In this document: in pieces, positions 55,940 through 64,000 of the stretch
How the letters are laid out: every line of letters begins with the position of its first letter
How positions within the stretch are numbered: position 1 is the first letter of the stretch
NCBI GenBank assembly: GCA_964629655.1
Contig: CAZVQU010000003.1
Coordinates: 17,613 to 81,612 of the forward strand
From: an uncultured Planctomycetia bacterium
Lineage (GTDB): Bacteria > Omnitrophota > Gorgyraeia > Duberdicusellales > 4484-171
Direction: 5' to 3'
DNA: 64,000 bases
Translations under genes and position numbers: made by a program
The notes under the pieces: generated by a model
Told to the model about the DNA's origin: nothing
Databases searched by the model: none
The model's input: only the letters and a program-made list of their open reading frames with translations

Positions 55940-56235
55940 AGAAGAAATACATCTTAAAGAGAAGGGTTAAGTTTCAGAAGGTGGTTAATCCTGAGTCTGA
56001 GAAGCATTATAATAACATTCAACGTACAAATAGACTCAGGGTTAAGAAAACAATATTAAAAAGGTATAAAACCGATGATTTAAGAGAAGCCTTATGGAGT
56101 GCCAGTAGGAATACTTACTGGCGTAAATATTGGACCCAAAGAAGGCATGAGGAAAGGTGTTCTCGACAGTGCCTGGCTTTACTGGGTGGTTTTTATGTAC
56201 TGTTTTTGGTAGTGGTTTGGGTCTTTAACCATTAG
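55930..56235 (+). CDS. Hypothetical highly basic protein with C-terminal TM helix (TTG start)
   Basis: 101 aa, K/R-rich N-region, hydrophobic tail LALLGGFYVLFLVVVWVF. Overlaps upstream ORF by 10 nt in another frame. Confidence 0.3.
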   Translation: MVLKKKYILKRRVKFQKVVNPESEKHYNNIQRTNRLRVKKTILKRYKTDDLREALWSASRNTYWRKYWTQRRHEERCSRQCLALLGGFYVLFLVVVWVFNH

Positions 56236-56312
56236 AATTTTGTTGTTGATAGTATTAAGGAAAAAGAAACCTAAATATTCATTATTTGCAGCATTTCTGA
56301 TATAATACTTAG

Positions 56313-57455
56313 GTGAAGAGACGTAGATTTCACCTATTCTCTGTATTAATCCTCGCAATATTTTTAATTACTCAGGCTGCATATTCTGCAGATGATTTTG
56401 TTTCCTCCCGGGTTAAAGACATATCCGACCGTAGCTACGAAGAAGCTGTGATTGGGCTTTTAGATAATGCCCAAAAATCCATAGATATTTCTATGTATTC
56501 CATAAGTTTAGGGACAAATACTAACAACCCGGTAAAACTTTTGCTTAACGATTTATTGGAAGCAAGAGAAAGGGGCGTTGAAGTTACTCTATATCTTAAT
56601 ACCCGCTTCAGAGATTCTAAGAAAGGTGGTAATTCTTTTGCTGAAAGCCTTATTTTTAAAAAATTGGAGAAGGCCGGAGTCCTTATTCATTTTATACCCT
56701 CTAATCGCAGACTTCACGATAAGCTTATAGTAGTTGATAGCCGGTATGTAGTTGAGGGCAGTGCTAATTGGTCTATCTCAGCCCTGAAGAATAATTTTGA
56801 ATCTTCTACGCTTATTGATTCTCCGGATCTAGCCGGGGTGAAATTGTCGCGTCTTAAAAGCTTTCTTATATTTTCGTTGCCGCGCGGCAAGAAACCTAAT
56901 GCTCCGGCTTATATAGAGAACTTACCTAAGAGTTTAAACTTACCCGGAGAGTTTGTTTTGAATAAAAAATATCTTTCTCGTATGGTTACTAGCTATGATA
57001 AGCGGGCGATGAGTCTTTATTTATTACTCCTAGCTCACAGCCAGTCTGTAGGCAAACAGGAGTTCCTAATAAGTTTAGAGGCCATGGCTTTAAGTTTAGG
57101 CATGCCTGATTCCTGGACTGACCCTGCCTTAAGGCGCCAGGTAATTAAAGTTTTAAGGAAGTTGCAAAAACGCTATCAACTTATTGAAGTAAGTTTTTTC
57201 CACAGCCGGGATGCTAATGTCATACTTACAGATATCTCCGGTGATACTTTTGGTATATCCTCAGATTCACTTATTCAGCCGGATAATGCCAAATTAACTA
57301 TGCGCCTGAAGTTTCTTCTTCTAATTCAGGCCTTGCTTAAAGAAGAGGGAGAGGACTTATATTCCATATCAAAAACCGCCCTTGCTAAACGCTTTAATGT
57401 TAATCTATCAACCATTAAAGCTGCATTTAATGATTTACGTAAGTATGGTGATTAA
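56313..57455 (+). CDS. Phospholipase-D-family (single HKD) nuclease-like protein with N-terminal signal peptide and C-terminal wHTH-like domain
   Basis: HKD motif LHDKLIVVDSRYVVEGSANWS. Signal-like MKRRRFHLFSVLILAIFLITQAAYSADD. C-terminal ISKTALAKRFNVNLSTIKAAFNDLRKYG resembles a wHTH. Confidence 0.7.
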   Translation: MKRRRFHLFSVLILAIFLITQAAYSADDFVSSRVKDISDRSYEEAVIGLLDNAQKSIDISMYSISLGTNTNNPVKLLLNDLLEARERGVEVTLYLNTRFRDSKKGGNSFAESLIFKKLEKAGVLIHFIPSNRRLHDKLIVVDSRYVVEGSANWSISALKNNFESSTLIDSPDLAGVKLSRLKSFLIFSLPRGKKPNAPAYIENLPKSLNLPGEFVLNKKYLSRMVTSYDKRAMSLYLLLLAHSQSVGKQEFLISLEAMALSLGMPDSWTDPALRRQVIKVLRKLQKRYQLIEVSFFHSRDANVILTDISGDTFGISSDSLIQPDNAKLTMRLKFLLLIQALLKEEGEDLYSISKTALAKRFNVNLSTIKAAFNDLRKYGD

Positions 57456-57478
57456 GTAGAGTTTTTAAAGAATAGATT

Positions 57479-58036
57479 ATGGAAATAATATGTTCCGGCT
57501 GCAGGAAAGTTTTAGGCATCCAACGACCTTATGATGATAATTCCGAGGTTCCAGCCAAATGCCTTGATTGTTTCCAAAAAGAAAAGAAAGAGGCTTCAAG
57601 GCAGCCGTCATTACCGGCACCTGGAGAGCGGAAAGATATTACACTTGAGGGTGGCCTCAAAGGTTTTCTTATGGTTGCAGGCGCTGGTACAGCAAAACTT
57701 TCCTTTTGGGATTTGATAGTTTCCGGGAAGGAGATATTTTGCGCCAAGGATCGAAGAGAAAGCTTTCAGGAATATCTGGAAATGAGAGATAGCGACCATG
57801 TTGATGTAACTTTTTTATTCTCTTCGTCCATCAAGATTCCACCTACAAACTGTAGGAGCAAAAAACAATCCATTAAGAAAAATAAGTCCCAATCGATTCA
57901 CTATAACTGCACTGTGACGGTCTCTAAAGATTATGCGCTTATGATGTTTGATAAAGTGGCAGAGCGACAGGAACAGTTTGCAAATGTAGTTACTGAGGGA
58001 ATAGTTAAAGCGAGTGAAGCCGAATTTTCATGGTAG
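57479..58036 (+). CDS. Hypothetical protein with N-terminal Zn-ribbon (CSGC...CLDC)
   Basis: 185-aa ORF. No other motif recognised. Confidence 0.35.
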   Translation: MEIICSGCRKVLGIQRPYDDNSEVPAKCLDCFQKEKKEASRQPSLPAPGERKDITLEGGLKGFLMVAGAGTAKLSFWDLIVSGKEIFCAKDRRESFQEYLEMRDSDHVDVTFLFSSSIKIPPTNCRSKKQSIKKNKSQSIHYNCTVTVSKDYALMMFDKVAERQEQFANVVTEGIVKASEAEFSW

Positions 58037-58164
58037 AGTGGTTAGAAAATATTCCACCCGCCTAGCAGTCACAGTCGGACGGCTTAAGTCTTTAGGACTT
58101 CTGCTGCACCCTTTATATGCCGTTGCCCCATAGAAGAATTAGCTTGCATGAATATATTAAATAT

Positions 58165-58181
58165 GGTACATTGTGGCACAA
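58165..58181 (+). promoter_or_regulatory. Perfect 17-bp palindrome ACATTGTG-g-CACAATGT overlapping putative promoter (TTGCAT-17-TACATT) of the HTH gene. Candidate controller operator
   Basis: Read directly. Located about 30 nt upstream of ATG 58212. Confidence 0.4.
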
Positions 58182-58211
58182 TGTTGTATAACGCAAAATG
58201 GAGTATTTCCA

Positions 58212-58385
58212 ATGTTACTTAAAGGATATTTAACAGTAGTGCAGGTTGCTAAACAGCTTGGCCTGTCTGAGTACAGAATACGCGAGCTTATTCGAGAGAA
58301 GCAAATTCGTGCGGTGAAGATAGGGCAATGGCGAGTAAAGCCTGAGGATTTAAAAGAGTTTATTAAAGCAAGGACGAATAGATAA
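58212..58385 (+). CDS. Excisionase/MerR-type HTH DNA-binding protein (possible R-M controller)
   Basis: LTVVQVAKQLGLSEYRIRELIREKQIRAVKIGQWRVKPEDLKEF = HTH_17/Xis-family pattern. Start chosen at ATG 58212 (57 aa). Track GTG start 58173 lies inside the palindrome. Confidence 0.6.
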   Translation: MLLKGYLTVVQVAKQLGLSEYRIRELIREKQIRAVKIGQWRVKPEDLKEFIKARTNR

Positions 58386-58388
58386 ATT

Positions 58389-60911
58389 ATGCCAAAAGAA
58401 GCAAAAGCACGAATACGAATAAACAAATATCTTGAAGACGCAGGGTGGCGGTTTTTTGACACAGATGCCGGCTCCGCAAATATTTGCCTGGAGACGAATG
58501 TCAAAATTACTGAACAGGCTCTTAACGGTCTTGGCGAGGACTTTGAGAAAACTAAAAATGGGTTTACAGACTATATTCTTTTAGACGATAAAGGTTTCCC
58601 TTTCGTAGTTTTAGAGGCAAAGCGAGAGGATAAAGACCCTTTAGACGGGAAGGAGCAGGCTCGCAAATATGCAAAGAATCTTAACGTTCGTTTTATAATT
58701 TTGTCTAATGGCAACCTTCATTATTTCTGGGATATCGAAACAGGCAATCCGCATATTATCACTGCCTTTCCCACATGCGAATCTTTGACTTTCAAGAAAT
58801 CTTTTAAGCCTAATACAAATAATTTGGTTCGTGAATATGTTGACTCGGATTACGTTGCGATTACCCAAAAACCAGATTATAAGAGCGACCCTAACTGGAT
58901 GGATGAGAAAAAACAAAATGATTTCATTAGCGATAATAATCTCAAGTTTTTAAGGGACTATCAGATAAATGCCATTAAATCTTTGCAGGATGCTGTGAAA
59001 GAAAATAAAAGCCGATTCCTGTTTGAAATGGCAACAGGTACAGGAAAGACTCTTGTTGCGGCAGGTGTTATCAAGCTATTCTTAAGGACCGGAAACGCCA
59101 AGAGGGTGCTTTTCCTGGTTGACAGATTGGAGTTAGAGGATCAGGCCTGGAAGAATTTTGTAAAATACCTTAAGAACGATTATAAATCCGTAATTTACAA
59201 AGAAAACCGAGATGACTGGAAAAAAGCTGAAATCGTTGTCTCGACGGTCCAGTCACTCCTTTTTAATAACAAGTATAAAGATTTGTTTTCACCGACTGAT
59301 TTTGATTTGGTTATTTCGGATGAAGCGCATCGCTCAATTGGTGGCAATAGCCGGGCAGTGTTTGAGTATTTTACCGGATATAAATTAGGACTTACCGCAA
59401 CCCCGAAAGATTACCTGAAAAAGGTTGATGAAAAGAAATTGGCAGAAAGAGACCCGCGCAAATTAGAAAAGCGTCAGTTGCTCGATACTTATAAAACCTT
59501 TGGATGCGAGGCGAGCAGTCCAACGTTCAGGTACACTCTTTTGGATGGAGTAAAAGACGATTATCTTGTAAATCCTATTGTTGTAGATGCCAGAACGGAT
59601 ATAACAACCGAGTTGCTCTCAGAAATGGGCTATTCTGTGCTGATAGAAAACGAGGGAGGTAAGGAAGAAGAAAAGATATATTTCCAAAAGGATTTTGAAC
59701 GAAAGTTTTTCTCGGAAAAGACTAACGGGACATTGTGCAGGACATTTTTAGATAAAGCGTTAAAAGATCCCCTAACAGGTGAGATTGGCAAAAGTATTAT
59801 TTTTTGCGTTAGCCAAAATCACGCTTCCAAAATTACACAGATACTTAATGAGTTGGCACATAAAATTTATCCGGGTAAATATAATTCTGATTTTGCGGTG
59901 CAGGTAACATCTTCTATTGATAGCGCACAGCAGATGACAATCAACTTTTCAAACAATAATCTTAATGGTCATTCAGCTTTCAAGCCTGGTTATAATTCCA
60001 GCAAGACCAGGGTGTGTGTTACCGTAGGAATGATGACGACGGGTTATGACTGTGAGGATATTCTGAATTTATGCTTAATGCGGCCTATCTTTTCCCCGCA
60101 AAATTTTATTCAGATGAAAGGCAGGGGAACCAGAAAATATGATTTTGTTTATAGAGAAAAAGATGACTTGGGAAAGGTAGAAAAATATGTTGTTAAAAAG
60201 GAGCGGTTTAAACTTTTTGATTTTTTCGCCAATTGCGAATATTTTGAAGAAAAATTTAATTATGATGAAGTGATAGAATTGCCTCCGGAAACCGGAGGAG
60301 GCCCGGGGCCGCATCCGCCACCGCCGCCGTCAGACGAATATGAAAGTACTCGTCTTGATCCTTTAAAAGAATTGGCAGAGACATCTATCGGCCTTGAGGG
60401 CATGAAAATTGACAGAAAGTTTTTTGAAAAGTTTGAAGCGGTTATTAAAGGCAATGAATATGTTAAAGACAAAATTTATGAAGGTAAGTACGAAGAAGCT
60501 GAGAGCTACATCAGGAAAGAGGTTTTTGATAAGCCGGAAGAATACTTTAACCTTGATAAACTCCGTAAATCCGTTAAACTTGACCGCCGCTTAAGTCTAA
60601 GAGAGGTACTGGAAAGAATATTCGGACGAATTAAGAAATTTAAAACAAAGGATGACCTGCTCGAGGAAGAGATAGAGAAGTTCATTTCTCTTTACCATCC
60701 CGAAAATAAGTTTATTCATATTATACGCCAATTCATGAAAGCGTATATCTTAGATACCGAGTTGCGGGAAATTTTTAACTCAAAAGAATACGGCAGGCTT
60801 GAGACTAACCCGGGTTTTACAATGAAGGATTTAAAAGAATTAGACGGCTGGAAAGACCCGGTTGTTGAGTATATAAAAGATTATGTGCCATTAAATACTT
60901 TTGTGGCTTAA
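58389..60911 (+). CDS. hsdR: Type I restriction enzyme R subunit (short form: PD-(D/E)xK nuclease + SF2 helicase, Pro/Gly-rich linker)
   Basis: HsdR_N-like KARIRINKYLEDAGW. Nuclease DYILLDDKGFPFVVLEAKRED. Helicase motif I MATGTGKT, II DEAHR. Linker PPETGGGPGPHPPPPPSD. 840 aa. Confidence 0.8.
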   Translation: MPKEAKARIRINKYLEDAGWRFFDTDAGSANICLETNVKITEQALNGLGEDFEKTKNGFTDYILLDDKGFPFVVLEAKREDKDPLDGKEQARKYAKNLNVRFIILSNGNLHYFWDIETGNPHIITAFPTCESLTFKKSFKPNTNNLVREYVDSDYVAITQKPDYKSDPNWMDEKKQNDFISDNNLKFLRDYQINAIKSLQDAVKENKSRFLFEMATGTGKTLVAAGVIKLFLRTGNAKRVLFLVDRLELEDQAWKNFVKYLKNDYKSVIYKENRDDWKKAEIVVSTVQSLLFNNKYKDLFSPTDFDLVISDEAHRSIGGNSRAVFEYFTGYKLGLTATPKDYLKKVDEKKLAERDPRKLEKRQLLDTYKTFGCEASSPTFRYTLLDGVKDDYLVNPIVVDARTDITTELLSEMGYSVLIENEGGKEEEKIYFQKDFERKFFSEKTNGTLCRTFLDKALKDPLTGEIGKSIIFCVSQNHASKITQILNELAHKIYPGKYNSDFAVQVTSSIDSAQQMTINFSNNNLNGHSAFKPGYNSSKTRVCVTVGMMTTGYDCEDILNLCLMRPIFSPQNFIQMKGRGTRKYDFVYREKDDLGKVEKYVVKKERFKLFDFFANCEYFEEKFNYDEVIELPPETGGGPGPHPPPPPSDEYESTRLDPLKELAETSIGLEGMKIDRKFFEKFEAVIKGNEYVKDKIYEGKYEEAESYIRKEVFDKPEEYFNLDKLRKSVKLDRRLSLREVLERIFGRIKKFKTKDDLLEEEIEKFISLYHPENKFIHIIRQFMKAYILDTELREIFNSKEYGRLETNPGFTMKDLKELDGWKDPVVEYIKDYVPLNTFVA

Positions 60912-60925
60912 AGGAAAATTGAGAT

Positions 60926-63370
60926 ATGTTGACAAATGGAACAAAAAAACTGATTGATGCGGCAAGGGATATTCTTGTGGGTAAATTGCCTGATCCAAAA
61001 TCACAGGTTGAGCAAATCACGATCGCTTTAATCTATAAGTTTATGGATGACATGGATAAGCAATCGGAGGAGCTTGGCGGCAAGGCGAAATTCTTTACTG
61101 GTGAATACACAAAATATGCCTGGAGTAAAATATTTGATCCTCGTGTGAGTGGGCATGAGCTTGTTGGCTTGTATGGCGAAGCTATCCAGAGGATGAACCA
61201 TAATCCAAATATCCCACAATTATTCAGAAATATTTTTAAAAATGCCTATTTGCCATATCGCGATCCTGAAACCTTAAAAAGTTTCCTTAAGGCTATCGGA
61301 GAGTTTGAGTATGATCACAGCGAGAAATTAGGCGATGCCTTTGAATATTTACTTTCTATAATGGGCTCGCAAGGCGATGCAGGTCAGTTTAGAACACCCC
61401 GGCATATTATTGATTTTATAGTGAAGGTGGTTGACCCAGGGAAGAACGAGACTATTTTGGACCCTGCCTGTGGCACAGCTGGATTCTTGATTTCTTCGTA
61501 CAAACATATTTTAGAGAAAAATAAAAAAGACGGTCGGGTACATTTAACTCCGGCTCAAAAGAAAAGGCTCGTTGAAAACTTTTCTGGCTATGATATTTCG
61601 CCGGATATGGTGAGATTGTCATTGGCCAATATGTATCTGCACGGGTTTAAGAATCCTAAAATCTATGAGTATGATACCTTAACCTCAGAGGAAAGATGGC
61701 AGGAAGTGTTTGATGTGATATTGGCAAATCCGCCGTTCATGAGTCCAAAAGGCGGGATAAGACCGCATAAACGGTTTAGCGTACAGGCAAAGCGTTCAGA
61801 GGTGCTTTTTGTTGATTATATGGTGGAGCATTTAAACCCAAACGGCCGCGCGGGGATTATCGTACCTGAAGGAATTATTTTTCAATTAGGCACGGCTTAC
61901 AAAAAACTGCGTAAGATGTTGGTTGACCATTCGCTTTATGCTGTTGTGTCATTACCTGCGGGCGTGTTTAATCCTTATTCCGGAGTTAAAACATCAACAT
62001 TGATGTTGGATAAAAATCTGGCAAAAAAGACAGATAAGATTTTATTCGTAAAAATCAATAACGATGGTTTCGGTCTGGGTGCTCAAAGAAGAGAAGTTAA
62101 AGGAAGCGACTTGCCAGCGGCTTTAGAAATTATTAGGCGATACAAACAAAGTATCATTGGAGATAAAGAATTTAAATTCAGTGCTGATGAGGCAAAACTT
62201 GCCTCTTTGGTCGAGAAAGAAAAAATTGCAGGAAGCGGAGATTATAACCTAAGCGGAGATAGATACCGTGAAGCAGCTATTTATAGTGGAAAATGGGATT
62301 TTGTAGAGCTTGATAAAGTTGTAGATATTCTTGATAGTCGGCGTAAACCAGTCAAGAAAGGTGATAGGATAAAAGGGGCCTATCCTTATTATGGCGCTAC
62401 GGGTATTTTGGATTATGTGGGTGACTATATATTCGATGAGCGATTAGTGCTTGTTGGTGAAGATGGCGCTAAATGGGGGAAGGGAGAAAAGACAGCATTT
62501 ATTGTAGAAGGAAAATGTTGGGTCAATAATCATGCCCATGTTTTGCGAACCAAGAAGAATAAGATATTTGATACTTTTTTGATGCAGATATTAAATGAGC
62601 TGGATTTATCTCGATACATTACAGGAGTAACTGTTCCTAAGTTGAATCAGGAGAAACTTAGAGGGATTAAAATCCCTCTCCCGCCTCTTGAAGTACAGGA
62701 ACAGATTGTTGCTGAATTAGATAATTATCAAAAAATCATTGACGGCGCACGCCAGGTAGTAGAAAATTACAAACCTACCTTCAAAATTGATACTAATTGG
62801 GAGATTGTGAAACTGGGCGAGGTTTGTGATCTTGAATATGGGTATTCTGAAACAGCAAAAGATGCGGGGGAGTATCGTTATATACGGATAACAGATATTT
62901 CCAATAATGGTTTATTGCGGAATGATGATCTTAAATATATTAGTTTAAATAAAAAATCGAGAAATTATATTTTAAATAAAGGGGAGGTATTAGTTGCTCG
63001 AACAGGTGCGACTTATGGGAAGACACTTTATTTTTATGATGATATGAAAGCTATTTTTGCAGGGTATCTAATAAGGCTTAATTTTGATCAAAATATTGTC
63101 AATAATAAATTTTACTGGGTTTTTGCACAGAGTTTAGATTACGATAAGCAAAAAAACAGTCTAGTCCAAGGAGGAGGGCAACCTCAATTTAATGCTAATG
63201 CTATCAAGCAGATAAAGATTTCTTTGCCCCCTCTTAATATTCAACAGCAGATTGTTATTCAGGTAGAAAAAGAACAAAAAGCAATTGAGGCTACAAAAGG
63301 TTTAATCACCCTCTTTGAACAAAAAATTAAAGATCGAATTGCGAAAGTTTGGGGTGAAAAGGCAATATGA
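60926..63370 (+). CDS. Fused Type I methyltransferase-specificity subunit (HsdM-HsdS fusion, two TRDs)
   Basis: Motif I LDPACGTAGFL, motif IV ILANPPF. Two TRD/conserved-repeat units each ending in LPPL(E/N)(V/I)Q(E/Q)QIV. Confidence 0.8.
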   Translation: MLTNGTKKLIDAARDILVGKLPDPKSQVEQITIALIYKFMDDMDKQSEELGGKAKFFTGEYTKYAWSKIFDPRVSGHELVGLYGEAIQRMNHNPNIPQLFRNIFKNAYLPYRDPETLKSFLKAIGEFEYDHSEKLGDAFEYLLSIMGSQGDAGQFRTPRHIIDFIVKVVDPGKNETILDPACGTAGFLISSYKHILEKNKKDGRVHLTPAQKKRLVENFSGYDISPDMVRLSLANMYLHGFKNPKIYEYDTLTSEERWQEVFDVILANPPFMSPKGGIRPHKRFSVQAKRSEVLFVDYMVEHLNPNGRAGIIVPEGIIFQLGTAYKKLRKMLVDHSLYAVVSLPAGVFNPYSGVKTSTLMLDKNLAKKTDKILFVKINNDGFGLGAQRREVKGSDLPAALEIIRRYKQSIIGDKEFKFSADEAKLASLVEKEKIAGSGDYNLSGDRYREAAIYSGKWDFVELDKVVDILDSRRKPVKKGDRIKGAYPYYGATGILDYVGDYIFDERLVLVGEDGAKWGKGEKTAFIVEGKCWVNNHAHVLRTKKNKIFDTFLMQILNELDLSRYITGVTVPKLNQEKLRGIKIPLPPLEVQEQIVAELDNYQKIIDGARQVVENYKPTFKIDTNWEIVKLGEVCDLEYGYSETAKDAGEYRYIRITDISNNGLLRNDDLKYISLNKKSRNYILNKGEVLVARTGATYGKTLYFYDDMKAIFAGYLIRLNFDQNIVNNKFYWVFAQSLDYDKQKNSLVQGGGQPQFNANAIKQIKISLPPLNIQQQIVIQVEKEQKAIEATKGLITLFEQKIKDRIAKVWGEKAI

Positions 63371-64000
63371 TCAAAACGCAAACAGCAACCTATGTCGGTC
63401 ATCGTCAGAGGATAAAGGATAAGTACAAGAAGGCAGGCGTAAGTGGCTGGTTAGATTATGAGGTGGTGGAGTTAGTTCTTTCCTATGCTATCGCTCGGAA
63501 AGACACAAAACCGATTGCCAAAGAATTGATGAACCGGTTTAAAACAATCAGTGGGGTTTTAGATGCTGACAGTAAAGAACTAAAGTCTGTCTCCGGGGTT
63601 TCAGAACACACAGCCTTGTTTTTAAAGTTGCTGAAAGATATCGCTGTTCTTTATTTAGAAAATGGTTTGCATGGTAAAGATTTGCTGTCATCATCCGAAC
63701 AGGTTTTTGATTACCTGAAGGTTTCTCTGAAGGGGTGTGTGGATGAGGAATTTAAGACCATCTTTTTAAATGGCAGAAATCAACTGGTAGCAGTTGAGGC
63801 ACTTCAGATAGGCACAGTTAATAGATCTGCAATTTATCCGAGGAAGATTGTCGAGCGGGCATTGTATCATCATGCGGTTGGTGTTATTATCGCACATAAT
63901 CATCCAGCGGGCACGTTGACACCCTCAAAGGAAGATTGCGCGGTAACAAAATCTATTAAGGATGCGCTCAAGACTGTTGAAATTAGCCTGTTAGATCATA
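63367..64000 (+). CDS. radC: RadC-like JAB-domain protein (partial, C-terminus beyond window)
   Basis: N-terminal helix-hairpin-helix region and JAMM motif HNHPAG...PSKED. ATGA overlap with upstream stop. Confidence 0.8.
   Translation, partial: MIKTQTATYVGHRQRIKDKYKKAGVSGWLDYEVVELVLSYAIARKDTKPIAKELMNRFKTISGVLDADSKELKSVSGVSEHTALFLKLLKDIAVLYLENGLHGKDLLSSSEQVFDYLKVSLKGCVDEEFKTIFLNGRNQLVAVEALQIGTVNRSAIYPRKIVERALYHHAVGVIIAHNHPAGTLTPSKEDCAVTKSIKDALKTVEISLLDH

Noticed and set aside
1-64000. CRISPR arrays, rRNA, tRNA, transposases/integrases
   Set aside because: I scanned intergenic regions for regularly spaced direct repeats, tRNA cloverleaf signatures and rRNA conserved blocks and found none. The only recombinase-like hint is the Xis-type HTH, which fits better as an R-M controller.

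Overview
This 64 kb window comes from a low-GC (about 38-40%), apparently anaerobic bacterium. I could not identify the organism. It is densely coded, with about 65 genes, almost all on the + strand. I found no rRNA, tRNA, CRISPR array, transposase or integrase.

Gene content by region:
- 1-14.6 kb: a membrane-bound spermidine-synthase-like protein, an orphan AmmeMemoRadiSam-type radical SAM enzyme (AmrS), a MarR/TolC-like/RND efflux operon with no adaptor gene, and several housekeeping or miscellaneous enzymes (tandem HD-domain hydrolase, HMGL-like enzyme, metallophosphoesterase, cyclophilin, BI-1/YccA-like, NYN).
- 14.8-18.8 kb: a stand-alone fusA with its own promoter, and ispH plus a polyprenyl synthase on the minus strand.
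- 19.0-25.0 kb: a putative arsenosugar/organoarsenical biosynthesis operon. It comprises a GT2 glycosyltransferase, a dual-specificity phosphatase, a pyridine-nucleotide-disulfide oxidoreductase, a DedA protein, a fused ArsS-like radical SAM / ArsM methyltransferase, and a DUF2064 protein.
- 25.2-39.9 kb: a roughly 14.7 kb co-directional redox, nitrosative-stress and arsenic-detox gene array. It begins with an Rrf2 regulator and includes an Fe-S protein, ferritin, Hcp, an FAD/NAD reductase, rubredoxin, a flavodiiron protein, rubrerythrin, superoxide reductase, a glutaredoxin-like protein, a YHS-DUF318 permease, TrxB, ArsC, IMPase, a UPF0016 protein and a CPA-EIIA antiporter. It ends in an ACR3 arsenite pump interrupted by one in-frame TAA.
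- Both the arsenosugar-like operon and the Rrf2 array are preceded by the same sigma70-type promoter, which carries an identical palindromic operator (GATACCA-N3-TGGTATC).
- 40.0-42.8 kb: an AlaDH/PNT (opine-synthase-like) + ATP-grasp + methyltransferase cassette.
- 43.1-55.2 kb: a signalling island. It contains a PAS histidine kinase fused to a degenerate GGDEF and a PilZ domain, two CheY-like receivers, an SGNH hydrolase, a B12 radical SAM enzyme, an alpha/beta hydrolase, a Cache/HAMP kinase and a hybrid REC-kinase.
- 55.7-64.0 kb: a defence-like island with small ORFs, a signal-peptide PLD nuclease carrying an HTH tail, an excisionase-type HTH with a palindromic operator, a short HsdR, a fused HsdM-HsdS, and RadC.
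- Intergenic regions at 42.9 kb, 50.2-50.8 kb and 55.3 kb share two repeat families. One of them contains a GC-rich, hairpin-rich island.

All calls are from reading the sequence and translated ORFs. No database search was possible.
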